DNA from: Candidatus Pelagibacter ubique HTCC1062 | Lineage (GTDB): Bacteria > Pseudomonadota > Alphaproteobacteria > Pelagibacterales > Pelagibacteraceae | Reading direction: 5' to 3' | Assembly: GCF_000012345.1 (NCBI RefSeq) | Contig: NC_007205.1 | Coordinates: forward strand, 570,001-602,000 | DNA length: 32,000 nucleotides | Shown here: positions 1 through 8,054 of the stretch, in pieces | How the letters are laid out: every line of letters starts with the position of its first letter | Numbering within the stretch: position 1 is the stretch's first letter | The notes under the pieces: model-generated | Databases searched by the model: none | Seen by the model: the letters and a program-made list of their open reading frames with translations, nothing else | What the model was told of the DNA's origin: nothing | Program-made: the position numbers and the translations under genes

Positions 1-359
1 TAAATTAAACCTGAGACTATTTCATCACCAGATTTTAAAGCAATTGAAATTGCAAAGTGAGGAACACCATGCAAAAAATTAGTAGTGCCATCTATAGGGT
101 CTATTATCCATGTATGTTCTTTATCTTTATTAGTTTCAGAACCTTCTTCTTCACTAATAATAGAATAGTAGGGTCTTGCTTTTTTTAATTCTTCTATAAT
201 TATTTTCTCAGCTTTTAAATCAGCATTTGATACAAAATCAGTAGGGCCTTTGATTGAAACTTGTAGTTTTTCTATTTCTCCAAAATCTCTAATTAAAGCT
301 CTAGACGCTTTTTCTGCAGCCTTTATCATAACATTTAGATTGGCTGATATTGATTGCAT
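1..359 (-). CDS. suhB: Inositol monophosphatase family protein (SuhB-like), N-terminal part only; the 3' end lies beyond the window
   Basis: Absent from the ORF track because it runs off the window. Manual minus-strand translation from the ATG at 359..357 gives MQSISANLNVMIKAAEKASRALIRDFGEIEKLQVSIKGPTDFVSNADLKAEKIIIEELKKARPYYSIISEEEGSETNKDKEHTWIIDPIDGTTNFLHGVPHFAISIALKSGDEIVSGLI. It is open to position 1 and contains the WxxDPIDGT motif of the IMPase/SuhB family. Confidence 0.85.
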   Translation of the reverse strand, partial: MQSISANLNVMIKAAEKASRALIRDFGEIEKLQVSIKGPTDFVSNADLKAEKIIIEELKKARPYYSIISEEEGSETNKDKEHTWIIDPIDGTTNFLHGVPHFAISIALKSGDEIVSGLI

Positions 360-364
360 ATAAT

Positions 365-925
365 TTATATTTTTTTGACATATTCCATAGTTCTCGTATC
401 GACTATGATTTTATCTCCGCTTTCAATAAATGGAGGGACTTGAATATTCACACCATTATCTAAAGTTGCGGGCTTATAAGAAGAAGAAACTGTTTGCCCC
501 TTTAAAGCAACATCAGTTGTATCAACTGTGCACGTTACCTGATTAGGCAATTCAACTGTTAAAGGTTTTTCATTATAAAAACTTATACTGACTTCTAAGT
601 TTTCAGTTAACATTTTACCTTTTTCTCCAATTGTTTCTTTTTTAATATTTATTTGTTCATAAGATTTTGGATCCATGAAATAATAATCAATTTCATCGCT
701 ATAAAGATAATTAAATTTTGTTTCATCTAATGAAGCTTTTTCAACGGACTCACTTGATCTAAATCTTTCATTTAATTTTGTATTTTTGTTAACACTTTTC
801 ATCTCAACTTGGGCAAAAGCACCACCTTTGCCAGGTTTTACATGTTGTGTCTTTAAAACTTGCCAAAGATCATTCTTATATTCAATTAACATTCCAACTC
901 TAATTTCACTTGCGTATAATTTCAT
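365..925 (-). CDS. efp: Translation elongation factor P
   Basis: 186-aa ORF of typical EF-P length with full-length resemblance. It has the conserved loop VKPGKGGAFAQVE (Lys33). Its ATG overlaps the stop of the upstream gene (ATGA). Confidence 0.95.
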   Translation of the reverse strand: MKLYASEIRVGMLIEYKNDLWQVLKTQHVKPGKGGAFAQVEMKSVNKNTKLNERFRSSESVEKASLDETKFNYLYSDEIDYYFMDPKSYEQINIKKETIGEKGKMLTENLEVSISFYNEKPLTVELPNQVTCTVDTTDVALKGQTVSSSYKPATLDNGVNIQVPPFIESGDKIIVDTRTMEYVKKI

Positions 926-1545
926 TTTAATTTTCTAATAGCTTCTAATGGTTTGTATTTTTTATTATTCCAAATGTAGCCTGAAATAGCCAAAAAGTTA
1001 GCTTTATTCAATAAAAGTTTTTTATAATTACTAAGCTTTATACCTCCAATAGCTACAATTGGTAAGGAGGTTATTTTTTTAATAGATTTTAATACAGTTA
1101 AACTGGCTCTATATTTAACTGTTTTAGTTTTAGTTGCATAAAATGCACCAAAAGCTAAATAATCAGCACCATCATTAATTGCTTTTTTTGCTAGATTTAT
1201 AGAATTATGACAGGTCACACCAATAATTTTGTTCTTTAATATTTTTCTAGCTTTTATTAAGTCCATATCTTTTTGACCCAAATGGCACCCATCTGCATTT
1301 AATTTTTTAGCAAGTAAGGGGTCATCGTTGATTAAAAATTTGACTTTGTGCTTATTGCAAATTTTTTTAATTTTTTTTCCAATAATTAGTTTATTTAAAT
1401 TTGTTTCTTTTTTAAGTCTTAGTTGAAAAAAACTTATTTTTTTGGAACTTAATACAAGAGCTAAATCATCATAAAAATTTATATCTGGTATTTTATTTGG
1501 AGAAATTAGATAAACAAATTTCTTATTTATTTTATTTTGCTTCAA
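922..1545 (-). CDS. thiE: Thiamine-phosphate synthase
   Basis: ThiE-like features: LINDD, DGCHLGQKD, GVTCH, GADYLAFGAFYATKTK and PIVAIGGI. The ORF-track start at 1680 would overlap fba by about 150 nt. There is no internal ATG before the conserved core, so I place the start at the in-frame TTG at 1545..1543. The exact start is uncertain. Confidence 0.8.
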   Translation of the reverse strand: MKQNKINKKFVYLISPNKIPDINFYDDLALVLSSKKISFFQLRLKKETNLNKLIIGKKIKKICNKHKVKFLINDDPLLAKKLNADGCHLGQKDMDLIKARKILKNKIIGVTCHNSINLAKKAINDGADYLAFGAFYATKTKTVKYRASLTVLKSIKKITSLPIVAIGGIKLSNYKKLLLNKANFLAISGYIWNNKKYKPLEAIRKLK

Positions 1546-2542
1546 GTTCTTTTGACCATTTACCTTGAGCCGCAAGTGTGCACATATTTGCTCTGTGGTT
1601 AAAGACTTTTTGAGTGCCACTAGTATTATTAATATCTTTTGACCAAAATTTAAGTGCACTTTGTTGTAAGGCTCTACCATATGAATAAGTCATAATAAAA
1701 TTAGTGTCATTATACTTATTAATTAAGTTTAAATTCTCTGTAGCTTCTACTTCTGTTTGACCACCTGATAAAAAAGCAATTCCTGGTACGTCGGTTGGTA
1801 CATTTTCTTTTAAACATTTAAGGGTAAGTTTTGCAACTTCTTCACTTGATATCTTTTTATCAGAAGTGGTTCCTGCTAAAATCATATTAGGTTTTAAAAT
1901 TATTCCACTTAAATCAATTTTATGAAGTAATAATTCTTCAAAGCATTTTTGAATAACTTCAGAAGTTTTGTTAAAACAAGTTTCAGCAGCGTGATCTCCA
2001 TCCATTAAAACTTCAGGCTCTACAATTGGAACCATTCCACATTCTTGAACTAAAGCTGAATATCTTGCCAGTGCATGAGCATTGGAGTGGATGGATAATT
2101 TGCTTGGATATTTATCTGAAATATTAAAAACACCTCTCCACTTTGTAAATCTTGCACCAAGTTTATAATAATCTTTTAGTCTTTCTCTTAAGCCATCCAG
2201 GCCTTCTGTAATTTTTTCTTCATGGGAGCCTGCTAGAATTTTTGCTCCTGTATCAACTTTAATACCCGGAACTGCTCCAGACTCAGAAATTAATTCTGGA
2301 ATAGTCTGCTTCAAGTTAGATGTTTGGTTGATAGTTTCATCATACAAAATAACACCACCAATAAAATCTTTCATCCCACTTGATGAAAAGAGAGTTTCTC
2401 TGAATAAAAGTCTATTTTCTGGGCTGGAAGGTACATTAACTGACTCTAATCTTTTAGTCATGGTTCCATTGCTTTCGTCTGCTGCAAGGATTCCCTTGCC
2501 ATTAGACAATATCTTTAATGCAATTTTGTTAAGTTCTGACAT
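1532..2542 (-). CDS. fba: Fructose-bisphosphate aldolase, class I
   Basis: 336-aa ORF with the class I aldolase N-terminus GKGILAADES, LFRETLF and a class-I-like core throughout. It sits in a tkt-gap-pgk-fba arrangement. Confidence 0.9.
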   Translation of the reverse strand: MSELNKIALKILSNGKGILAADESNGTMTKRLESVNVPSSPENRLLFRETLFSSSGMKDFIGGVILYDETINQTSNLKQTIPELISESGAVPGIKVDTGAKILAGSHEEKITEGLDGLRERLKDYYKLGARFTKWRGVFNISDKYPSKLSIHSNAHALARYSALVQECGMVPIVEPEVLMDGDHAAETCFNKTSEVIQKCFEELLLHKIDLSGIILKPNMILAGTTSDKKISSEEVAKLTLKCLKENVPTDVPGIAFLSGGQTEVEATENLNLINKYNDTNFIMTYSYGRALQQSALKFWSKDINNTSGTQKVFNHRANMCTLAAQGKWSKELEAK

Positions 2543-2543
2543 G

Positions 2544-3722
2544 TTAATTAAGAGCCTTTATACCAGGAAGTTCTTTTCCTTCAAGATATTCTAAAAAAGC
2601 ACCACCCGCAGTTGAAACAAAATTAAAATTATTAGTTGCTCCAATACCATTCAAAAGAGAAACAGTATCACCACCACCTGCAACTGAGTAAATTGTATTA
2701 TTCTTATTTTTTTCAATAATCTTTTTTGCTATTTCAATACTTCCTTTAGCAAAGTTAGGATTTTCAAAATAACCAGCTGGCCCATTCCATAAGATAGTAC
2801 TACTTTCTTCAATTAATAAATTAATAGCTTTAATTGTCTTGGGACCAATATCTAAAATTAACTCGTCTTTAGAAATATTATTTAGTTCCTTTATTTCAGC
2901 TGATCCTTCTAAACTTTTCCCTACAGCAACATCCTCAGGGTAAATTATCTTACAGTTTTCTTTTTTTGATAAAGAAAATATTTCTTCAATAATTTTATCA
3001 CAATTATCTTCTTGAATAGATTTTCCAATTTCACACTCTTTATATTTAAGTATATTATTAGCCATTCCACCAACTATTATAATATTATCAAATTTAGTAA
3101 TTAAATTCTTAATGATATTAATTTTAGATGATATTTTAGAACCACCTATGATGCATGTTATAGGTCTTTGAATTTCAGATGTAATTTTAGTTAGTGCATC
3201 AATTTCTAGATTTAATTGAAGGCCAGCGTATGAAGGAATAAATTTAGTGATTTCAAAAATTGAAGCATGAGCTCTATGCGAACATGAGAAAGCATCATTA
3301 ACATAGATATCTGCTAAACTTGCTAAATGCTTTGCAAAGCCATTGTCATTTTTTTCTTCCTCTTCATAAAACCTAAGATTTTCAAGTGTTACAATTTTTT
3401 CATCTTGTTCATTAAATAAATCATTAGAATTAATTTCTTTTATATTTTTTGAAATTAATCGTATATTTTCATTTAGTTTATTTTTTAGATCCTCACATAT
3501 TGGTTTAAGGGAGAGTTCACTTACAACTTTGCCCTTGGGTCTACCTACATGAGATAGTATTATTATCTTTGCTTCATTTTTTAATAAAAAATTAATAGTA
3601 GGTAAAATTTTATCTATTCGAGTGGTGTCAGTAATTTTTCCATTATCTAATGGAACATTTAAATCCAACCTAAGTAATACTTTTTTTTGATTAAGATTAG
3701 TCTCGTCTTGAATATTTCTCAT
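2544..3722 (-). CDS. pgk: Phosphoglycerate kinase
   Basis: 392-aa ORF with PGK hallmarks: RLDLNVP, ILSHVGRPKG, NDAFSCSHRAHAS, NGPAGYFE and GGGDT. Confidence 0.95.
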   Translation of the reverse strand: MRNIQDETNLNQKKVLLRLDLNVPLDNGKITDTTRIDKILPTINFLLKNEAKIIILSHVGRPKGKVVSELSLKPICEDLKNKLNENIRLISKNIKEINSNDLFNEQDEKIVTLENLRFYEEEEKNDNGFAKHLASLADIYVNDAFSCSHRAHASIFEITKFIPSYAGLQLNLEIDALTKITSEIQRPITCIIGGSKISSKINIIKNLITKFDNIIIVGGMANNILKYKECEIGKSIQEDNCDKIIEEIFSLSKKENCKIIYPEDVAVGKSLEGSAEIKELNNISKDELILDIGPKTIKAINLLIEESSTILWNGPAGYFENPNFAKGSIEIAKKIIEKNKNNTIYSVAGGGDTVSLLNGIGATNNFNFVSTAGGAFLEYLEGKELPGIKALN

Positions 3723-4729
3723 TAAGAGACTTGATGAAGATGTTCTGCTATGTCACACATTCTATTTGAAAAGCCCCATTCGTTATCATACCACGCTGAA
3801 ATTTTTCCCATATTTTTACCAACCACATTAGTCAAAGATAAATCAACAATTGCTGAAGCTGAATTATGATTAAAATCAATTGAAACTAATTTTTCTAATG
3901 TAACTTCTAAAACTTTCTTTGATTGTTCTTTAGAGGCGATAGTAAATGCCTCATTAATTGTCTCTTTGCTCATCTCTTTTTTTGTACAAAAAACTAGCTC
4001 TATAAGGGAAACATTAGGAGTTGGCACTCTCATTGCAATGCCTTCAAGTTTTCCTTTTAATGAAGGAATAATCTCACCGATTGCTTTTGAAGCACCTGTG
4101 GAAGTTGGTACAATCGATTGACTAGCAGATCTTGCTCTTCTAGGATCTTTATGGGAATTATCTAGAATTCTTTGGTCACTTGTGAAAGCATGAATAGTTG
4201 TCATAAACCCTTTTTCAATTTCAAAAGTTTCATTTAAAATGTTAGCCACAGGTGCAAGACAGTTAGTTGTACAAGAGGCTGCAGAAACAATTTGATCATC
4301 TTTTGTCAAAATATTTTCATTTACGCCATAGACAATTGTTTTATCTGCATTTTTGCATGGAGCTGAAACTATAACTTTTTTGGCGCCATTTTTTATATGA
4401 GCTAATAATTTTTCTTTTGAATTAAATTTTCCAGTACATTCAAAAACATAATCAACATCAAATTTTTTCCAGTTAATATCTTCAATATTAGATTCTTGTG
4501 AAAATGTTATTTTATTATTATTAATAATTAAATGTTTTTCATCATAATTTAAATCGGCATTAAATTTACCATGAATAGAATCGTATTTAATTAAAGAACA
4601 GCTGGCTTCAGAGTTTGATCGGTTATTGATGTGTTTGATTTCTATGTTTTTGTTTTGGCTTTCTATGATAGCTCTAATTACCATTCTACCAATTCTTCCC
4701 ATTCCATTGATACCAACTTTTATTGTCAT
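3722..4729 (-). CDS. gap: Glyceraldehyde-3-phosphate dehydrogenase
   Basis: 335-aa ORF with INGMGRIGR (NAD-binding), the active-site SASCTTNCLAP motif and WYDNEWGFS. Its stop overlaps the pgk start (TAATG on the minus strand, 3720-3724). Confidence 0.95.
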   Translation of the reverse strand: MTIKVGINGMGRIGRMVIRAIIESQNKNIEIKHINNRSNSEASCSLIKYDSIHGKFNADLNYDEKHLIINNNKITFSQESNIEDINWKKFDVDYVFECTGKFNSKEKLLAHIKNGAKKVIVSAPCKNADKTIVYGVNENILTKDDQIVSAASCTTNCLAPVANILNETFEIEKGFMTTIHAFTSDQRILDNSHKDPRRARSASQSIVPTSTGASKAIGEIIPSLKGKLEGIAMRVPTPNVSLIELVFCTKKEMSKETINEAFTIASKEQSKKVLEVTLEKLVSIDFNHNSASAIVDLSLTNVVGKNMGKISAWYDNEWGFSNRMCDIAEHLHQVS

Positions 4730-4731
4730 AT

Positions 4732-6720
4732 TTAACTCTTTATTAGTTTTTTTGCTTTTTGTGAAATATTTTGAACTGTTAATCCAAAATATTTATAAAT
4801 TTCTTTATAGGGTGCACTTTTGCCGAATGTATCAATTCCAAAAGCTAAACCCTCAGTTCCAATATATTTTTTCCAGCAATCAGTTGAAGCTGCTTCAATA
4901 GATATTTTAAATTTTGCTTCATTAAGAATTTTTTTCTTATATGCTTTTGACTGCAAATCAAAAATATCCTGGCATGGTACTGATATAACTTTAGAATATA
5001 TTTTATCTTTGGCTAATTTATGGCTAGTTTCAATTGCTAAATTAACCTCAGAACCACTAGCAAATATCGTTAAATTAATTTTTTTATTTGTTCTTGAAAC
5101 CTCATAAGCACCTAAAGAGCATTTGTTCATATTTGAATATTTTTTTCTAATAGGTTCAAGATTTTGTCTAGTTAAAGATAACACACTTGGTGTCTTCGAG
5201 TTTTTTAATGCTAGCTCCCAACACTCGATAGTTTCCATTCTGTCTGCTGGTCTAAAAACATTTAAATTAGGAATAGATCTTAATCCAGAGAGTTGTTCTA
5301 TAGGTTGGTGTGTTGGTCCATCTTCCCCTAAACCAATTGAGTCGTGGGTCATCACATAAATAACTCGCTGTTGCATCAAAGCAGATAAACGAATGGAAGG
5401 TTTACAATAATCAGAAAATATTAAAAAAGTTCCCCCATATGGAATAAATTTACTATGAAGTGCTAAACCATTCATTATTCCTGCCATGGCGTGCTCCCTA
5501 ACACCATAGTGAATATAATCACCATTAAAATTAACAGAATTAATAGCGTTATGATATTTGGTTTTAGTGTTATTAGATCCCGCTAAGTCAGCTGAACCAC
5601 CAATTAACGTATTATTTTCTCTCGTAAGAGCATTAAGAGTTAACTCAGAAGCTTTTCTTGAGGCTAGACTTTTGTTTTCTCTAAGAGAATTTTGTTTTTC
5701 ACTTTTTAAAGCTTTAGAGAAATTATTTTTAAAGACTTTATCTACTAAATTTTTTTTTCTTTTATAAATTTTACTCCATGCAGAATCAAGTTTTGCACCC
5801 TTATTACCAATTTTTCTCCATTCATTCAAAATACTTTTGGGAATTTCAAAAGGTTTGTGTTTCCAATCTAATACTTTTCTAACTAATTTGATTTCATCTA
5901 AACCAATTGGACTACCGTGCGAAGAGGCTTTACCAGATTTATTAGGTGAACCATAACCAATTTTTGTTTTGCATGAAATAACTGTTGGTCTTTTAGCATT
6001 TTGAACTTTTTTTAATGCAGAAAAAATTTCTCTTTCGTTATGACCATTGATTAGTATGTAATCCCAACCATAACTTTCAAATCTTTTTTTGAAATTATCT
6101 GAAACTGCCAAACTGGTTGGTCCATCAATTGATATCGAGTTATTGTCAAAAAGCATAACTAGATTTTTTAACTTTAAGTGTCCCGCTAAACTCATTGCTT
6201 CATGGCTAATGCCTTCCATTAAACATCCATCTCCAGCTAAAACATAAGTTTTATGGTTTATTATTTCTTTACCAAGTTTTTTCTTCAAAATTTCCTCTGC
6301 AATAGCAAAACCAACTGAATTAGCAATTCCTTGTCCAAGAGGACCTGTCGTAGTTTCAATACCAGTACCAGGGTGATATTCAGGATGACCTGCACAAATA
6401 GATTTTAATTGTCTAAAATTTTTAACATCATTCAAAGAAATACTTTTGTACCCAGTTAGATGTAATAAAGAGTAAAGAAGCATAGATCCATGACCAGCAG
6501 ATAAAACAAATCTGTCTCTATTTATCCAGTTAGGATTTTTTGGATTAAATCTAAGAAAATTTTTAAACAAAACTGTTGCTACGTCTGCCATACCCATTGG
6601 CATTCCAGGATGACCCGAATTTGCCTTTTGCACAGCATCTATAGATAAAAACCTTATTGCGTTTGATAAATCTTTATGTAATTTGTTCAAAAATATCCTA
6701 TCTAGACTTAGAAGACTCAA
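4732..6720 (-). CDS. tkt: Transketolase
   Basis: 662-aa ORF with the SGHPGMPMGMADVA TPP-binding N-terminus, GDGCLMEGISHEA and GEDGPTHQPIEQL. The annotated start is TTG at 6720; an alternative in-frame TTG lies at 6690. Confidence 0.93.
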   Translation of the reverse strand: MSLLSLDRIFLNKLHKDLSNAIRFLSIDAVQKANSGHPGMPMGMADVATVLFKNFLRFNPKNPNWINRDRFVLSAGHGSMLLYSLLHLTGYKSISLNDVKNFRQLKSICAGHPEYHPGTGIETTTGPLGQGIANSVGFAIAEEILKKKLGKEIINHKTYVLAGDGCLMEGISHEAMSLAGHLKLKNLVMLFDNNSISIDGPTSLAVSDNFKKRFESYGWDYILINGHNEREIFSALKKVQNAKRPTVISCKTKIGYGSPNKSGKASSHGSPIGLDEIKLVRKVLDWKHKPFEIPKSILNEWRKIGNKGAKLDSAWSKIYKRKKNLVDKVFKNNFSKALKSEKQNSLRENKSLASRKASELTLNALTRENNTLIGGSADLAGSNNTKTKYHNAINSVNFNGDYIHYGVREHAMAGIMNGLALHSKFIPYGGTFLIFSDYCKPSIRLSALMQQRVIYVMTHDSIGLGEDGPTHQPIEQLSGLRSIPNLNVFRPADRMETIECWELALKNSKTPSVLSLTRQNLEPIRKKYSNMNKCSLGAYEVSRTNKKINLTIFASGSEVNLAIETSHKLAKDKIYSKVISVPCQDIFDLQSKAYKKKILNEAKFKISIEAASTDCWKKYIGTEGLAFGIDTFGKSAPYKEIYKYFGLTVQNISQKAKKLIKS

Positions 6721-6743
6721 TTTAATAATATAAATATATATAT

Positions 6744-7067
6744 ATGAAAACAGACAGTGAAAAAGAAAAAAAACTTAGTTTTGCACTTAATAAATTGAAG
6801 AGTTTGAATTTACAAAACCCAACGCTAAAGTCTAATTTAGAAAACTTAAACATTCAAAAAAATCAATTAGAAATTGAAAAAAAACAAATAGAAGAAAAAT
6901 ATCAAAATTTAGAAAGTGAATACAAAGCTCTTAATCAAAAATTAGAAGATATTAACCAGCAAAAAATAGAAGAACAAAAAAAAGAGACAGAATTTTCAGA
7001 AAAAATAGATGAATTAAATCAAGAAACAGATACTTTATTAGAAGAAATAGACAAATGGCAAATGTAA
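6744..7067 (+). CDS. Small coiled-coil protein encoded immediately upstream of zapA; possibly equivalent to the ZapA-associated ZauP/DUF4164 type of alphaproteobacteria
   Basis: 107-aa ORF rich in heptad-like K/E/L/N/Q sequence (LENLNIQKNQLEIEKKQIEEKYQNLESEYKALNQKLEDINQQK). It overlaps the zapA start by 13 nt. The functional call rests on position and composition only. Confidence 0.55.
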   Translation: MKTDSEKEKKLSFALNKLKSLNLQNPTLKSNLENLNIQKNQLEIEKKQIEEKYQNLESEYKALNQKLEDINQQKIEEQKKETEFSEKIDELNQETDTLLEEIDKWQM

Positions 7068-7501
7068 ATATTAAATTTAATGGCAAAGAGTTTCTTCTAT
7101 CTTGTGATGATGGACAGGAAGAGCATTTAGAAGAATTGTTAACTCATATTAATCAAAAATTTAGCAATTTAAAGAATGACCTTGGAAACATAGGGGAAAA
7201 TAAACTTCTATTGATTACTTCAGTTCAAATAATGGATGAATATTTTGAAACTAAAAAAAAGGTAGAGCAAAAAAAAACTGAATTACAGAATTTATCAAAT
7301 AAATTTAGAGAATTGAAATCATTAGTTTATGATTACAGAGATAGAAAAGAAGAAGAGATGAAGGAACTTCAACAAGATCATGAAAGTTTTAAAAAAGAAA
7401 TAGAAAAAAATAAAGAAGATTATGAAAAAATAATCGAAGCTGCGGCAGATGAAATTGAAAATTTTGTTGAAAAAGCAAATTTAGAAAATCCAATTCAGTA
7501 G
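7055..7501 (+). CDS. zapA: Cell division protein ZapA-like, with a charged C-terminal coiled-coil extension
   Basis: The N-terminus VNIKFNGKEFLLSCDDGQEEHLEELLTHINQKF...LLLITSVQIMDEYFE resembles ZapA. It lies directly upstream of a 5-formyl-THF cyclo-ligase gene, as in E. coli zapA-ssrS-ygfA. Confidence 0.75.
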   Translation: MANVNIKFNGKEFLLSCDDGQEEHLEELLTHINQKFSNLKNDLGNIGENKLLLITSVQIMDEYFETKKKVEQKKTELQNLSNKFRELKSLVYDYRDRKEEEMKELQQDHESFKKEIEKNKEDYEKIIEAAADEIENFVEKANLENPIQ

Positions 7502-7505
7502 ATTT

Positions 7506-8054
7506 GTGTTAAAATCTGAATTAAGAAAAAAAATTCTTAAAATAAGAAAAAAATTTAATACAAAAAATATTCAGCTCAACTTCAAGCAAATTGTAAAAAT
7601 TCTTAAAAAAGAAAAGATAACCAATCAGATTATGATAGGTGGATACTACCCTGTAAACTTTGAGATAGACGACTTGACACTGTTAAGAAAATTTAAAAAG
7701 AATAAATTTAATATTTCTTTGCCCATAATTAAGAAAAACTTTCAAATGGATTTTTATTCATGGTCATTTTCTGAGCCCTTAAAAATAAATAAATATGGAA
7801 TACCTGAACCAGAAGCTAAAAATATAGTATACCCTGACGTTTTATTAATTCCCTTGGTAGCATTTGATAAAAATTTAAACAGACTTGGATATGGTGGTGG
7901 ATACTACGATAGATTAATTGAAAAATTATCAAAAAAAAAAAATATCATAAAGATAGGTTTGGCTTTTTCAATTCAAGAAATTGATAAAGTGCCAACTAAT
8001 ATGTATGATAAAAAATTAGATTATATTGTAACAAATAAAAATATTATAAAATGA
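7506..8054 (+). CDS. ygfA: 5-formyltetrahydrofolate cyclo-ligase
   Basis: 182-aa ORF with a GTG start. It has the family motif LGYGGGYYDR and a PLVAFD segment, and the expected position next to zapA. Confidence 0.85.
   Translation: MLKSELRKKILKIRKKFNTKNIQLNFKQIVKILKKEKITNQIMIGGYYPVNFEIDDLTLLRKFKKNKFNISLPIIKKNFQMDFYSWSFSEPLKINKYGIPEPEAKNIVYPDVLLIPLVAFDKNLNRLGYGGGYYDRLIEKLSKKKNIIKIGLAFSIQEIDKVPTNMYDKKLDYIVTNKNIIK

Noticed and set aside
1546-1680. Upstream extension of the thiE ORF to the ATG at 1680.
   Set aside because: It would overlap the last 50 or so codons of fba. ThiE-like similarity begins only around FVYLISPNK. An in-frame TTG at 1545 gives a normal-length ThiE. The exact start remains uncertain.
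7300-7501. Possibility that the long C-terminal tail of the zapA ORF is really an embedded 6S RNA gene.
   Set aside because: The plus strand here is strongly purine-rich, so its 5' and 3' halves cannot pair into the extended 6S-like rod. The region reads as a coherent charged coiled coil.
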